A DNA stretch of 64,000 nt from Phycisphaerae bacterium (GTDB lineage Bacteria > Planctomycetota > Phycisphaerae > UBA1845). Positions 52,577-62,477 of this stretch are shown one piece after another; position 1 is the stretch's first letter; every line of letters begins with the position of its first letter. Made by a program: the position numbers and the translations under genes. The notes beneath the pieces were generated by a model. It did no database searches. It saw only the letters and a program-made list of their open reading frames with translations, and was not told the origin of the DNA. The stretch covers positions 416,001-480,000 of the forward strand of contig CAXXGO010000006.1 of NCBI GenBank assembly GCA_963666835.2, in the 5' to 3' direction.

Positions 52577-52644
52577 GCCCGGACTATAACGACCCGGCAA
52601 GACCCCCGACACCGGGTTTGTCAACCGGACGGGTGGCTCGTCAT

Positions 52645-52730
52645 GTAGGGCAGGTCGAGGCACGAGACCTGCCTCAATGGCGCGTGTCGCGCGACGACCA
52701 CGGCAGGTCTCGTTCCTCGACCTGCCCTAC
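52645..52730. repeat. Inverted REP doublet (REPIN-like)
   Basis: Forward class-1 copy at 52645-52673 and reverse copy at 52702-52730, between divergent genes. Confidence 0.9.
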
Positions 52731-52851
52731 AAAATACATGCCTCGACTACTTCGAGGCCAACGGACTGGATAATAACACGCGTGGCGTCGGTGCCGGGTT
52801 GCCAACCAACCGCCCCGGTCTACAATCGCCAAGGGAAGGAGCCGCGACCGT

Positions 52852-53862
52852 ATGGATGTCCATCCGCTCATCTTCGAGCCGATCTTCAAACCCAAAATCT
52901 GGGGCGGACGGCGGCTGGAATCGCTGCTGGGCAAGGACCTGCCCGCCGACGAACCAATCGGAGAATCGTGGGAGCTGGCCGACCTGGAGGACGATCAGTC
53001 CATCGTCTCGATCGGTCCGGCCCGGGGTCGCTCGTTGGGGCAGCTTGTCAAGGAATGGGGCACGGATCTGACCGGTCGGGCGCCGCTTTTCGAGGGCCAT
53101 TTCCCACTGCTCATCAAGTTCCTCGACGCCCAGGACATTCTCAGCGTTCAGGTCCACCCAGATGAGAACACCGCTCGAAGGCTGGGCGGACGGGTGCGTG
53201 TGAAGCACGAGGCCTGGTACATAATCGACGCGGAGCCGGACGGCTGCATCTATCGTGGCGTGCAAGACGGGGTCGACGCCGCGGCCTTTGAGCGGGCAGT
53301 CGCCGAGAAGCAGGTCGACAAGGTCCTCCGGCGGATTCCCGTCCGTACCGGGCAGTGCTATTACCTGCCCAGCGGGACCGTACACGCACTCGGGGCGGGG
53401 GTGCTCGTCGCGGAAGTCCAGACCCCGTCGGACATTACCTTCCGGGTGTACGATTGGGACCGCGTCGACCCGTCGACCGGGGCACCGCGCGAGCTGCACC
53501 TGGAGCAAGCTCTGGAGTGCATTTCGTACGATACCGCCCCTATCCCCGGCGAAGACGTCCGGCATGTGGCCAACCTCTGGACGCAGGTGGCCAGTCTGGT
53601 ACGGTGCGGGTCGTTCGTCATCGAACGGGTGCGGATGAACGAGGGCGTAGAGCGGCAGACTCCGTACGAGGAGTTCGCTATCTGGATGGTTTTGCAGGGT
53701 CGAGGCCGGATAGACTGCCCGAGCTTGCCCGAGCCGTTTGAGTTCAAGAAGGGTGATACCGTCCTGTTTCCCGCCGCTTTGAAGGACGCGGGTATCAAGA
53801 CGATGGAAGATTGCGTGTGGTTGGAGGTCACCATCCCGGCTTCCGAGCCGTCGGAGGGATGA
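52852..53862 (+). CDS. manA: Mannose-6-phosphate isomerase, type I
   Basis: IWGG, GESWE, FPLLIKFLDA, LSVQVHP, K.EAW, GTVHA and EVQ.PSDITFR.YDW. Confidence 0.93.
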   Translation: MDVHPLIFEPIFKPKIWGGRRLESLLGKDLPADEPIGESWELADLEDDQSIVSIGPARGRSLGQLVKEWGTDLTGRAPLFEGHFPLLIKFLDAQDILSVQVHPDENTARRLGGRVRVKHEAWYIIDAEPDGCIYRGVQDGVDAAAFERAVAEKQVDKVLRRIPVRTGQCYYLPSGTVHALGAGVLVAEVQTPSDITFRVYDWDRVDPSTGAPRELHLEQALECISYDTAPIPGEDVRHVANLWTQVASLVRCGSFVIERVRMNEGVERQTPYEEFAIWMVLQGRGRIDCPSLPEPFEFKKGDTVLFPAALKDAGIKTMEDCVWLEVTIPASEPSEG

Positions 53863-54031
53863 GCGAGTAGGTCGGGGGCCAAGAATCGAGCCGGTTGTAG
53901 GGTACTGGAGAGACCCGTTTGGCTCGGTCGGTCGGTAGAGTCGGCGCCGCTTACATTGTGGCGCTGGCACACATTAACAGGAGCCGCAACAAGAGGGGTT
54001 TCGCCCCGCTTGTCTGCGAGAGTGATAATCG

Positions 54032-54898
54032 ATGACGCTTGATCCGCGATTGGTTGAAACCAACCGCCATACTAGAAGAACGCTCTACGTAGTTACGGGT
54101 CTGTACGTGGTTGTCGGTTTTCTTATCGCGGCCGTCGCCGCTCTGGAGGGCGACCGGCTGAGTGCTTTCCTCGGGTTCGTGATCATCAGCGGTACGCTGG
54201 CCGCGGCCGTGCTGGTCAATGCCGTGCTCCGAGTCGGGAGCCGTTTGACTACTCTGGTTGAGCGCATCGAGCAGGTTCACGACCGGCTCGGGCAACTGGA
54301 GGAGAGCCGCGTTATCCACGAGACCCGTGCGGCCGCCGCTTCCGCAGATGAGACGTTGAACACGCTCGGGCTGGCCGGGGAGCAGCCGATACCGCCGACC
54401 GTCCTGACGGCCGCCAATCTGGACCGGAGCATCTTCCCCCGTCTGGTTCCCACCGGAGACGAACAGATGGCCGGTGGGGCAGCGAACAAGACGATCGCGG
54501 CCCCTCGGCGCGCGGCGTCACAGCTCCGTGGTGAGCCGCGAGTCACGTCGGACCGGTTGTGGCGGAAGTGGGAAACGGCGGTTCAAGCGGGCGACTTGGC
54601 CGGCGGACGAGCGTTGTGTTCGGTGCTGGTCGACACGGTCGGGCCTGACGCGGTGGCAACTCTGACGGCCGAGATGGACGAGCTGACCGCCCGAACGGAA
54701 ACGTCGTTGCGGGGACAGTTCTCCGGTTATCTTCAGAAACGCGATTACGCCAACGCTCTGGCGATCGGTGCCAAGATCACTCGCCTGCTCCCGGATCGCC
54801 CCATCGCGGCCGAGTTCGCGCGGGTTCGCCCGCTGCTGGAGCGGCACCTCGGCGGCCCGTCCACCCCGTACGCCAAAGCCGGCACCGACGATCGCTGA
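54032..54898 (+). CDS. Hypothetical membrane protein (two N-terminal TM helices, helical C-terminus)
   Basis: 288-aa ORF with two hydrophobic segments followed by a coiled-coil/helical region. Confidence 0.7.
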   Translation: MTLDPRLVETNRHTRRTLYVVTGLYVVVGFLIAAVAALEGDRLSAFLGFVIISGTLAAAVLVNAVLRVGSRLTTLVERIEQVHDRLGQLEESRVIHETRAAAASADETLNTLGLAGEQPIPPTVLTAANLDRSIFPRLVPTGDEQMAGGAANKTIAAPRRAASQLRGEPRVTSDRLWRKWETAVQAGDLAGGRALCSVLVDTVGPDAVATLTAEMDELTARTETSLRGQFSGYLQKRDYANALAIGAKITRLLPDRPIAAEFARVRPLLERHLGGPSTPYAKAGTDDR

Positions 54899-54971
54899 CG
54901 CGATGCGGCGCCGCGTATCGAGCGAGGGCAAGTCGCTCACGCTCGCTGTACTGATTGCGCGGACTTGCTCA

Positions 54972-55452
54972 GCAGGGCAGCGTCGAGGTACGAGACCTGC
55001 CACAACGGCGCATGTCGCGCGAAGACCGATTGCGGAAGAAGATTACCTCTCGGGTCTCCATCCGTCCCCCACCCAAGCCGGCGGCGGGGCAATGCGACTG
55101 TTCGAGCGCGCTGAACGCCGGCATGGGTGGGGCACGCGCCGAAGACGGCGGCAGGTCTCGTACCTCGACCTGCCCTACCGAGGGTGCCACGCAGGTGGCA
55201 TGGGTCAACTTGTTGTCCCGTGGAGCAGCGCGACTTCGCTGTTTCTCGTAGGTGAGGCGTGGGCACGATGTTGCGCGCAGATCATCGGCTCCCCAATCGC
55301 GGCAGGTCTCGTACCTCGACCTGCCCTACCGAGGGTGCCACGCAGGTGTCATGGGGCACCTTGTTGACCCGTGGGGCAGATGTGATTCGGCGGGTGTAAT
55401 GCGTTAACTTGTTGACCCGTGGAGCAGATGTGGCCCGCAGAGCGGACCCTAC
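54972..55452. repeat. Mixed REP cluster
   Basis: Class-1 copies at about 54972 (+), 55150 (-) and 55301 (-); CATGGG.CAACTTGTTG.CCCGTG-type palindromes; a reverse GTAGGGTCCGC copy near 55432-55452. Confidence 0.85.
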
Positions 55453-55883
55453 ACGCTCCGGCGTATGTTCGGAACCCTGGCGCGTGCTCGGAATCCCGGG
55501 CGTTTTCGGAACCCTGGCGCGGGCTCGGATTCTCTGGAGACGTTCGGAACGCCGCCGGATGTTGTGGCATCTAATCTCGCTTACCCTGGTCGCCATGAAA
55601 ACCAGACTGGAGCCGGCAACAACGAGCAGCCGCCCTCTGGTATGACAACGCCGCTTCGCAAGGCGAGCCCGTCTGGTGACGCCGAAACTACCGGTCGCGA
55701 GCGGCGCCGAATCCCAGAGAACGCCGAAACACGGCAAGGCGGCGCTGTCATATTAAGCCCCATCTGCCGGGTCATTTTCCTTGCAATTCGATTCTCATAT
55801 TGCTACGTTGGGGAAGGGTGTTCTCCCGTGACTACAGCGGAGGGGGTCTCACCTCAGCATACCTGGCTTTGGGAGGACGAGCC

Positions 55884-57854
55884 GTGTTGAAGCTAACCGG
55901 ACAACGGATCTGGGCGGCGGTGGTCGCGCTGCTGGCGGGGGCGGCCTCAGCGGATACGGTGGTTTACGTTGATGCGAATGCCACCGGTCCTACTTACGAC
56001 GGGCTGACCTGGTGTACGGCCTATCCGGATTTGCACGTTGCTCTAGGCGGTGCGGCGGCGGATACCGAGATCCGCGTGGCGGACGGTGTGTATCTGCCCG
56101 ACCCTGCCGGATTGCCCGACCCGCGCACGGCAACGTTCCAATTGGTCAATGGGGTAACGGTTAACGGCGGTTTCGCCGGCTGCGGCGCACCGAATCCGGA
56201 CTTACGCGACCCCACCACCTACGAAACCGTTCTGAGCGGCGATCTGAACGGAGACGACGGCACCGGCGGAGGTAACTCGGACAACACCTACCACGTGGTG
56301 ACCACCGGCGGTACCGACCGCACGGCCTGGTTGGACGGAGTGACCATAACAGCCGGTAACGCCTCCGGTCCCTCGGAGAGCAGTCACGACCGGGGCGGCG
56401 GTGTCTTCAATGACGGCGGCAGCCCCACATTGGGCCAGTGCATTATCACGGACAACGAGGTCACGTTTAATGGGGGCGGTATGTACAACGCTTCCGGGGC
56501 GGCGCCGCTGCTGTCCGGATGCACTTTCACCGGGAACTACTCGGGGCAGGACGGGGGCGGGATGTGCAACATCGCCAGCTCACCCGAACTGACCGACGGG
56601 GTTTTTGAGGGGAACTGGTGCGCCAGCCTGTCGGGTAACGGCGGAGCGGTAGCCAGCGGCGGCGGTGCCCCCACGTTCACGGATTGCACCTTCCGAACAA
56701 ATCGGGGCAGGATCGGAGGGGCGATGATCAACTACGGCAGCGCGCCTACCTTGACCGGCTGCGATTTCATCGAAAACACCGCCGAGCAGTCCGGCGGGGG
56801 AATGTACAACAACGACCACAGCGACGCGTTTCTGACCGATTGTCTCTTCGACGGCAATAGCGCCACGGGTGCCGGCGGCGGGATGCGGAACTACGACAGC
56901 AGCCCGGTTCTGGAGGATTGCACCTTCGACGGCAACGAGGCCGAGTCTCTCGGGGGCGGAATGGCTAACACCGGCGGCAGCCCCGTCCTGACGGATTGCC
57001 GTTTCATCAGGAACTGGACGATCAGCGACACGCTCGACGCAATCGGCGGGGGAATGCACAACGCGGGCGGCGCCGCGCCGGATATGACGGATTGCCTGTT
57101 CCTACAGAACTTCGCCACCAACCACGGCGGGGCGATCTACAACGACGACGCGACGGACTTGGAACTTATCAACGGCCTGTTCCTGGGCAACGAAGCAGAG
57201 CACGACGGCGCCGCGATTTATTCGTTTTCGTCGACTCTTGCCTTGACCAACGTGCTGTTCTCCGGGAATACCGGCGGCGGTGACGGCGGCGCGGCATTTA
57301 ACGACCTGACAACCGTTACCCTGGCAAACTGCACGGTCTCCGGAAACCACGCGGGAAGCCAGGGTGGCGGTATTTATGATTACGTGGGCTGTGGCGTTAC
57401 GCTCGTTAACAGCATATTCTGGGGCAATACTGATGGCAGCGGCGGAGGCGAAACCGCTCAGGTATTCAACAACCCCAGCAACTTCCTAGAGGTGGACTAC
57501 AGTTGTGTGGAGGGCTGGACCGGCGGGTTCGGCGGAACCGGCAACCACGGCGACGACCCGCAGTTTGTCGACGCCGACGGGCCTGACAACGTGATCGGGA
57601 CGCAAGATGATAACCTCCGGCTGCCCGCAGATTCAACCTGTGTCGACGTCGGCGACAATGCGGCCGTGACCGTTGCCACCGATCTCGACGGCAACCCCCG
57701 CGTGGTTAACGGCATTGTGGATATGGGGTCGTACGAATACCGGAGCCCGGCCGTGCCGGCGACGTCCGCCTGGACGCTGCTCGTGATGCTGTTGGTTCTT
57801 CTGATCGCCGGCACCGTCGTTTTCGACCGGAACCGAAGAGGCGCCGGCTCGTAG
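55884..57854 (+). CDS. Secreted right-handed parallel beta-helix repeat protein with a choice-of-anchor-Q-like end and an IPTL-CTERM-like sorting signal
   Basis: GGAGG RBS; YVD.NATG..DG.TW..AY; many GGGM.N...SP.L..C.F..N repeats; DLDGNPR...VDMGSYEY; VPATSAWTLLVMLLVLLIAGTVVF.RNRR. Confidence 0.88.
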   Translation: MLKLTGQRIWAAVVALLAGAASADTVVYVDANATGPTYDGLTWCTAYPDLHVALGGAAADTEIRVADGVYLPDPAGLPDPRTATFQLVNGVTVNGGFAGCGAPNPDLRDPTTYETVLSGDLNGDDGTGGGNSDNTYHVVTTGGTDRTAWLDGVTITAGNASGPSESSHDRGGGVFNDGGSPTLGQCIITDNEVTFNGGGMYNASGAAPLLSGCTFTGNYSGQDGGGMCNIASSPELTDGVFEGNWCASLSGNGGAVASGGGAPTFTDCTFRTNRGRIGGAMINYGSAPTLTGCDFIENTAEQSGGGMYNNDHSDAFLTDCLFDGNSATGAGGGMRNYDSSPVLEDCTFDGNEAESLGGGMANTGGSPVLTDCRFIRNWTISDTLDAIGGGMHNAGGAAPDMTDCLFLQNFATNHGGAIYNDDATDLELINGLFLGNEAEHDGAAIYSFSSTLALTNVLFSGNTGGGDGGAAFNDLTTVTLANCTVSGNHAGSQGGGIYDYVGCGVTLVNSIFWGNTDGSGGGETAQVFNNPSNFLEVDYSCVEGWTGGFGGTGNHGDDPQFVDADGPDNVIGTQDDNLRLPADSTCVDVGDNAAVTVATDLDGNPRVVNGIVDMGSYEYRSPAVPATSAWTLLVMLLVLLIAGTVVFDRNRRGAGS

Positions 57855-57948
57855 CAGGGCTCTCTTCGCGGACCGATTCTCCCCGGCACAGTGAACCAGA
57901 TCCTCCGCGCGCCGCGAGGCCTTTGACTCCGGCCGGTGAAGCGAAATT

Positions 57949-58257
57949 GTAGGGCACGGTCGAGGAACGAGACCTGCCGCAACATCGGGCGAAGACATCA
58001 CGCCGCGTTGCGGGCCAACAGGTTGGCGGAGGACACCAAGGTGACACCTTGCGTAGGGCATGGTCGAGGAACGAGACCTGCCGGAACATCGGGCGAAGAC
58101 GTCACGCCACGTTGCGGGCCAACAGGTTGGCGGAGGACACCAAGGTGGCACCTTGCGTAGGGCATGGTCGAGGAACGAGACCTGCCGCAACATCGGGCGA
58201 AGATATGTCGCCAGCGTGGCACTTCACGCAGGGCATGGTCGAGGTGCAAGACCTCTC
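57949..58257. repeat. Tandem REP array, 104-bp period
   Basis: Forward class-1 copies at 57949, 58053 and 58157 and a degenerate copy at 58228; the linkers are near-identical. Confidence 0.9.
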
Positions 58258-58314
58258 CCGCCTTCGTGCGATGCGAGTTCTGTGAACTTGCGCCCTTCAC
58301 ATAACGCCGGCGCT

Positions 58315-60189
58315 TCAGAAGTGACCCGGTGCGGCGGATTCTCCCTCCTCCGCGCGGTAGGCCGCGATGGCCTTCAAAAAGGCCTTTCCGAAGTCGGCGA
58401 GCTTCCTTTCCCCCACACCGCGGATACCCCGGAGATCGTCGAGTGACGTCGGATTGGACGCCGCCATTTCGCGGAGGGTCACGTCACCAAAGATGATGTA
58501 CGGCGGTACCCCTCGCTTGGCCGCCAGCTTGCGGCGGACACTGCGGAGGTGCTCGAACATCCCGCGATCCACACCTTCCCACGATACGCGGTCCGCTTTC
58601 GACTTGGTCACCGGCTTGGACGGCGGTTGCCGTAAGCGCACCGGACGCTCGCCGCGCATTACTTCCCAGGATGCCTCATTAAGCATGACCACCGGACGGT
58701 CCCCGGCCGTGCGGACTAGAAGACCGAGATCGATGAGCTGATACAGCATACTCGTCACCGCCCCGCGCGGCATATCATCGAGAATACCGTGGGTGCTCAG
58801 CTTGTCGTGTCCGCGCTGGCGGACCAGCTCCGGATTCGTCCCCAGCAGCACATCCACGACATAGCCCACCCCGTACCGCTCGCGCACCCGGGCGACGCCC
58901 GAGAGGATCTTCTGGGCGGTTACCGTAGCGTCGGACAGCCCCTCGATCTCGTCCAGGCAGACATCGCACGCCTGGCATGTTTCGCCATCGTACGGCTGGC
59001 CGAAATACTCGGACAAAAGCGCGTGTCGGCAGCGCAACGAGCTGCAGTAATCCCTCATGTGTTTGAGCAGCTCTAGTGCCGCTTCGAGGCACTCTTGGGG
59101 TTCCTTAGCTTCCATGGAGCTACGGCGGATGAGGGACTCCCATTTCAACGCCCCCGCCGCCGAGTAGAACAGAACGCACTCCGCTTCCAGTCCGTCGCGC
59201 CCGGCCCGCCCGGTCTCCTGCTGGTAATGCTCGACCGACTTTGGCATTGCCGCGTGCACCACGCAGCGGACGTTGCTGCGGTCGATCCCCATCCCGAAGG
59301 CCACCGTGGCCACGACCACATCGAGCCGCTCCTGTGCGAACGCATCCTGGGTTCGATGCCTTTGTTCGGAATCGAGTCCCGCATGATAGGCCTCGGCGGG
59401 CACGCCGTTGTCCTGCAGCCATAGCGCGATTCGTTCGGTGTCTTTGCGGCTGATGCAGTAGACGATCACCGCTTCACCTCGATGCCGGCGGACGACTTCC
59501 AGTATCTGCGCTTTCACCTTAACCGCGGGGACCACCCGGTAGACGAGATTCGCCCGGTCGAACCGCCCGACCAGGACGGTCGGATCTGTAAGCTGCAACT
59601 GGAGGGCAATATCGTCGCGCACTCTTTGAGTTGCGGTGGCCGTGTAAGCGTGGACCGAGGCCTGCGGGAACCGTTCTTTGAGCAACGCAAGTTGGCGATA
59701 CTCCGGCCGGAAGTCGTGACCCCAGTGGCTGATACAGTGGGCCTCGTCGATGGCGAACGCTCTGATGTCGGCCTGGGCGAGGGTATCCATGAACGGCGGA
59801 GACACCAGACGTTCCGGGGCAACGAACACCAGGCGGTACTGCCCGCGGGCGATACCGCCTTCCACCTCGCGTCGGGCGCCGGGGTCCATCCCGCCGTGAA
59901 TCGCCGCGGCCGGGTACCCGCATGCCTGCAGTCCGTCCACCTGGTCCTTCATCAACGATATGAGCGGTGACACCACAATGTCGGTCCGCTCCGCGATGAT
60001 CGGGGGGACCTGATAGCACAGCGACTTCCCCCCGCCGGTCGGCAGGACCACCACCGAGTCGTTCTGATTGATTCCCGCCCGGATCGCTTCTTCCTGCAGC
60101 GGGCGCAGGGACTCGAAGCCCCAATAATGCTTCACGACACGCGTGATCCGCTCAAGCGTCACGGGGGTTTCCGATTCGGAACGGTCCAT
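58315..60189 (-). CDS. recQ: ATP-dependent DNA helicase RecQ
   Basis: PTGGGKSLCYQ, DEAHCISHWGHDFRPEY, TATAT, ATVAFGMGID, QETGRAGRDG, RQC Cys cluster and HRDC (VPPYIIF.D.TL). Confidence 0.97.
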   Translation of the reverse strand: MDRSESETPVTLERITRVVKHYWGFESLRPLQEEAIRAGINQNDSVVVLPTGGGKSLCYQVPPIIAERTDIVVSPLISLMKDQVDGLQACGYPAAAIHGGMDPGARREVEGGIARGQYRLVFVAPERLVSPPFMDTLAQADIRAFAIDEAHCISHWGHDFRPEYRQLALLKERFPQASVHAYTATATQRVRDDIALQLQLTDPTVLVGRFDRANLVYRVVPAVKVKAQILEVVRRHRGEAVIVYCISRKDTERIALWLQDNGVPAEAYHAGLDSEQRHRTQDAFAQERLDVVVATVAFGMGIDRSNVRCVVHAAMPKSVEHYQQETGRAGRDGLEAECVLFYSAAGALKWESLIRRSSMEAKEPQECLEAALELLKHMRDYCSSLRCRHALLSEYFGQPYDGETCQACDVCLDEIEGLSDATVTAQKILSGVARVRERYGVGYVVDVLLGTNPELVRQRGHDKLSTHGILDDMPRGAVTSMLYQLIDLGLLVRTAGDRPVVMLNEASWEVMRGERPVRLRQPPSKPVTKSKADRVSWEGVDRGMFEHLRSVRRKLAAKRGVPPYIIFGDVTLREMAASNPTSLDDLRGIRGVGERKLADFGKAFLKAIAAYRAEEGESAAPGHF

Positions 60190-60257
60190 ACTAAGAGCCT
60201 ACCCGGAGCCCTTATTCTTTGCTATATCATCGACGTTCCGAGCTCCCGGACAATTCC

Positions 60258-60321
60258 GTAGGGCACGGTCGAGGTACGAGACCTGCCGCTGGCCTTCGCG
60301 TAGCGCAGGCATCCTGCCTGC
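60258..60321. repeat. Two REP-like palindromes immediately 5' of the intron
   Basis: Class-1 copy at 60258-60287 and GTAGCGCAGGCATCCTGCCTGC at 60300-60321. Confidence 0.8.
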
Positions 60322-60331
60322 ACTCGCGCGG

Positions 60332-62328
60332 GTGCCCGATCCATTCCGGCGTTTGCCGGGCCGGAACAGCCGCGCCGGTTCCCCGCCGGAATGGGTGGGG
60401 GGAAAGCGCCGGTAAGCCGGTGAGGAGTAGTGGATGAGAGAGCCATACGGTGAAGGAATAGCGAACCACACCGACCCCGAGTCATACTGTGGTGTCCGCA
60501 AGGGCATGGCGGGAGCGTTGACAGGGGCACGTGCGGGCCGGCCATTGAGCCGTGAAAGCCTTTTACTCCGGAGTGCCGACGCCGTCCCCCAAGGCGGAAG
60601 GCAACACCGGAGGGCGTCGTTAACGCGAGACGCCTTTCGGACTCCGCGCGGTCTTAGAACCCGAGCACGCACGGAAACTCCTCACGCGGAACCCGGGAGA
60701 TCCCGCGTTCGGCCTCGAACATGGCATCGAGGTCCGCAGTGTGAATCCATAGGAGCACGACACTGATGCACGGGCGCGGGAAGTCGGACAGGCCCATAGT
60801 ACCGAAGAAGACTGCGAACAACGGTGATCCCCCGGCGGGGAGGTCGTCCGCGGAGCAGTTGGAGGAAAGGGGCCTGGCCAAGGGCAACTCGATTCGACAC
60901 GACAGGCACCGTACGCAGAGCCGGGATCGTCTGCAAAGCGGGTTGGATCGGGTACGACAGGCAGCGGTAAAGGATAAGGATTTACAGTTCACCACGCTTT
61001 GGCACCATGTCTATGATGTCGCTCGCCTCCGGGAGGCGTACTTGAGCCTCAAGCATGCTTCGGCACCGGGGATGGACGGCATGACATGGGAGGCGTACGG
61101 CAGGGACCTAGAAGAACACCTCTTGGATCTGTCGGCACGTCTACAGCGCGGAGCGTACCGAGCGAGGCCGGTCAAGCGGGTCTACATTCCGAAACCCGAT
61201 GGACGGCAGAGACCAATAGGGATTCCCGTGTTGGAAGACAAGATCGTCCAACGGGCGATGACCGATGTGCTCTCGGCTGTCTACGAGGCAGACTTCCTCG
61301 GGTTCTCCTACGGATTTCGACCAGGACGGGACGCCCATCAGGCGTTAAGTGCCCTGACTGTCGGCATCGAGAGGAAGAAGGTGAATTGGGTGCTGGATGC
61401 AGACATTCGTGGATTCTTCGATGCCATAGACCACGATTGGCTGATCAAGTTCGTCGAGCACCGGATCGCAGACCAGCGTGTCGTGCGTCACGTGAAGAAG
61501 TGGCTGAACGCCGGCGTGCTGGAGGACGGGTGTCGAAGGGACACGGAGACGGGGACGCCGCAGGGGGGCAGTATCAGCCCGCTATTGGCGAACATCTATC
61601 TCCATTACGCCTTCGACTTGTGGGCCCGCCAATGGCGACGGACGCAAGCTCACGGAGATGTGATTATCGTGAGATATGCGGACGACTTCGTGGTGGGATT
61701 TCAACAGCGAGAGGATGCCGAGCGGTTTCGGGATGAGCTGACGGATCGCCTCCGGAAGTTCAAGCTGGAGCTACATGCGGACAAGACTCGTCTGATTGAG
61801 TTCGGCCGTTTTGCGTCGACCAATCGCAAGCGAGAAGGCCGCGGCAAACCGGCGACCTTCGAGTTTCTGGGTTTTCGCCACATCTGTGGCAAGACCCGGC
61901 GTGGGAGGTTCACGGTACTACGGCAGACTGTCGCGAAACGACGGCGTGCGAAGCTCAAAGCGATTAAGCAAGAGCTTCGGCGACGTATGCATGCCCCCGT
62001 CCGAGAGGTGGGCGCGTATTTGCGGGCGGTGGTTCGCGGGTACTATCAGTATTATGCGGTACCGCGGAACTACCCGGCCTTAACGGCATTTCGGGATGAG
62101 GTTGTCCGTCTTTGGCGCTGGACGCTCCGGCGTCGCAGCGAGAAGACTCGGATTACCTGGGCCCGCATGAACCGTTTGGCCAAGCAGTGGATACCTGCTC
62201 CCAAAATCCTACATCCTTACCCCGACCGACACCTGGCCGTTATGACCCAAGGCAGGAGCCCAGTGCGGTAGTCCCGCACGCTGGGATCTGTGGAGGGGGT
62301 CCCGGGTAACCGGGATTCCTACTCCGAC
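60332..62328 (+). mobile_element. Group II intron (probably bacterial class E); 5' boundary tentative
   Basis: Domain V GAGCCCAGTGCGGTAGTCCCGCACGCTGGGATC (about 62256-62288); domain VI hairpin ending ...CTACTCCGAC (62328); GTGCCCG candidate 5' end; RT ORF in domain IV. Confidence 0.88.
60766..62271 (+). CDS. ltrA: Group II intron reverse transcriptase/maturase, no endonuclease domain
   Basis: FTTLWHHV, APGMDG, RPIGIP..EDKIVQ, SYGFRPGR, DADIRGFFD, GTPQGGSISPLLANIYL, RYADD, FEFLGF and domain X (RGYYQYY). Confidence 0.95.
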   Translation: MHGRGKSDRPIVPKKTANNGDPPAGRSSAEQLEERGLAKGNSIRHDRHRTQSRDRLQSGLDRVRQAAVKDKDLQFTTLWHHVYDVARLREAYLSLKHASAPGMDGMTWEAYGRDLEEHLLDLSARLQRGAYRARPVKRVYIPKPDGRQRPIGIPVLEDKIVQRAMTDVLSAVYEADFLGFSYGFRPGRDAHQALSALTVGIERKKVNWVLDADIRGFFDAIDHDWLIKFVEHRIADQRVVRHVKKWLNAGVLEDGCRRDTETGTPQGGSISPLLANIYLHYAFDLWARQWRRTQAHGDVIIVRYADDFVVGFQQREDAERFRDELTDRLRKFKLELHADKTRLIEFGRFASTNRKREGRGKPATFEFLGFRHICGKTRRGRFTVLRQTVAKRRRAKLKAIKQELRRRMHAPVREVGAYLRAVVRGYYQYYAVPRNYPALTAFRDEVVRLWRWTLRRRSEKTRITWARMNRLAKQWIPAPKILHPYPDRHLAVMTQGRSPVR

Positions 62329-62477
62329 ACGGATGAGGACCCGAGAAGCACTCGCGTTGGGCAATCGATTCCCCACCCTTCGCCTGATGCGTGGCGCGTA
62401 TCCGGCAACTGCGCCTATGTACGAAAGCTCTCCGTCTAATGCGACACAATCCAGGGCGAAGGACGGGGCACCCGCAA

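Noticed and set aside
60766..62271. DGR, retron or defence-associated reverse transcriptase
   Set aside because: It has domain X and is followed directly by canonical group II intron domains V and VI. No template/variable repeat pair or accessory gene was seen.
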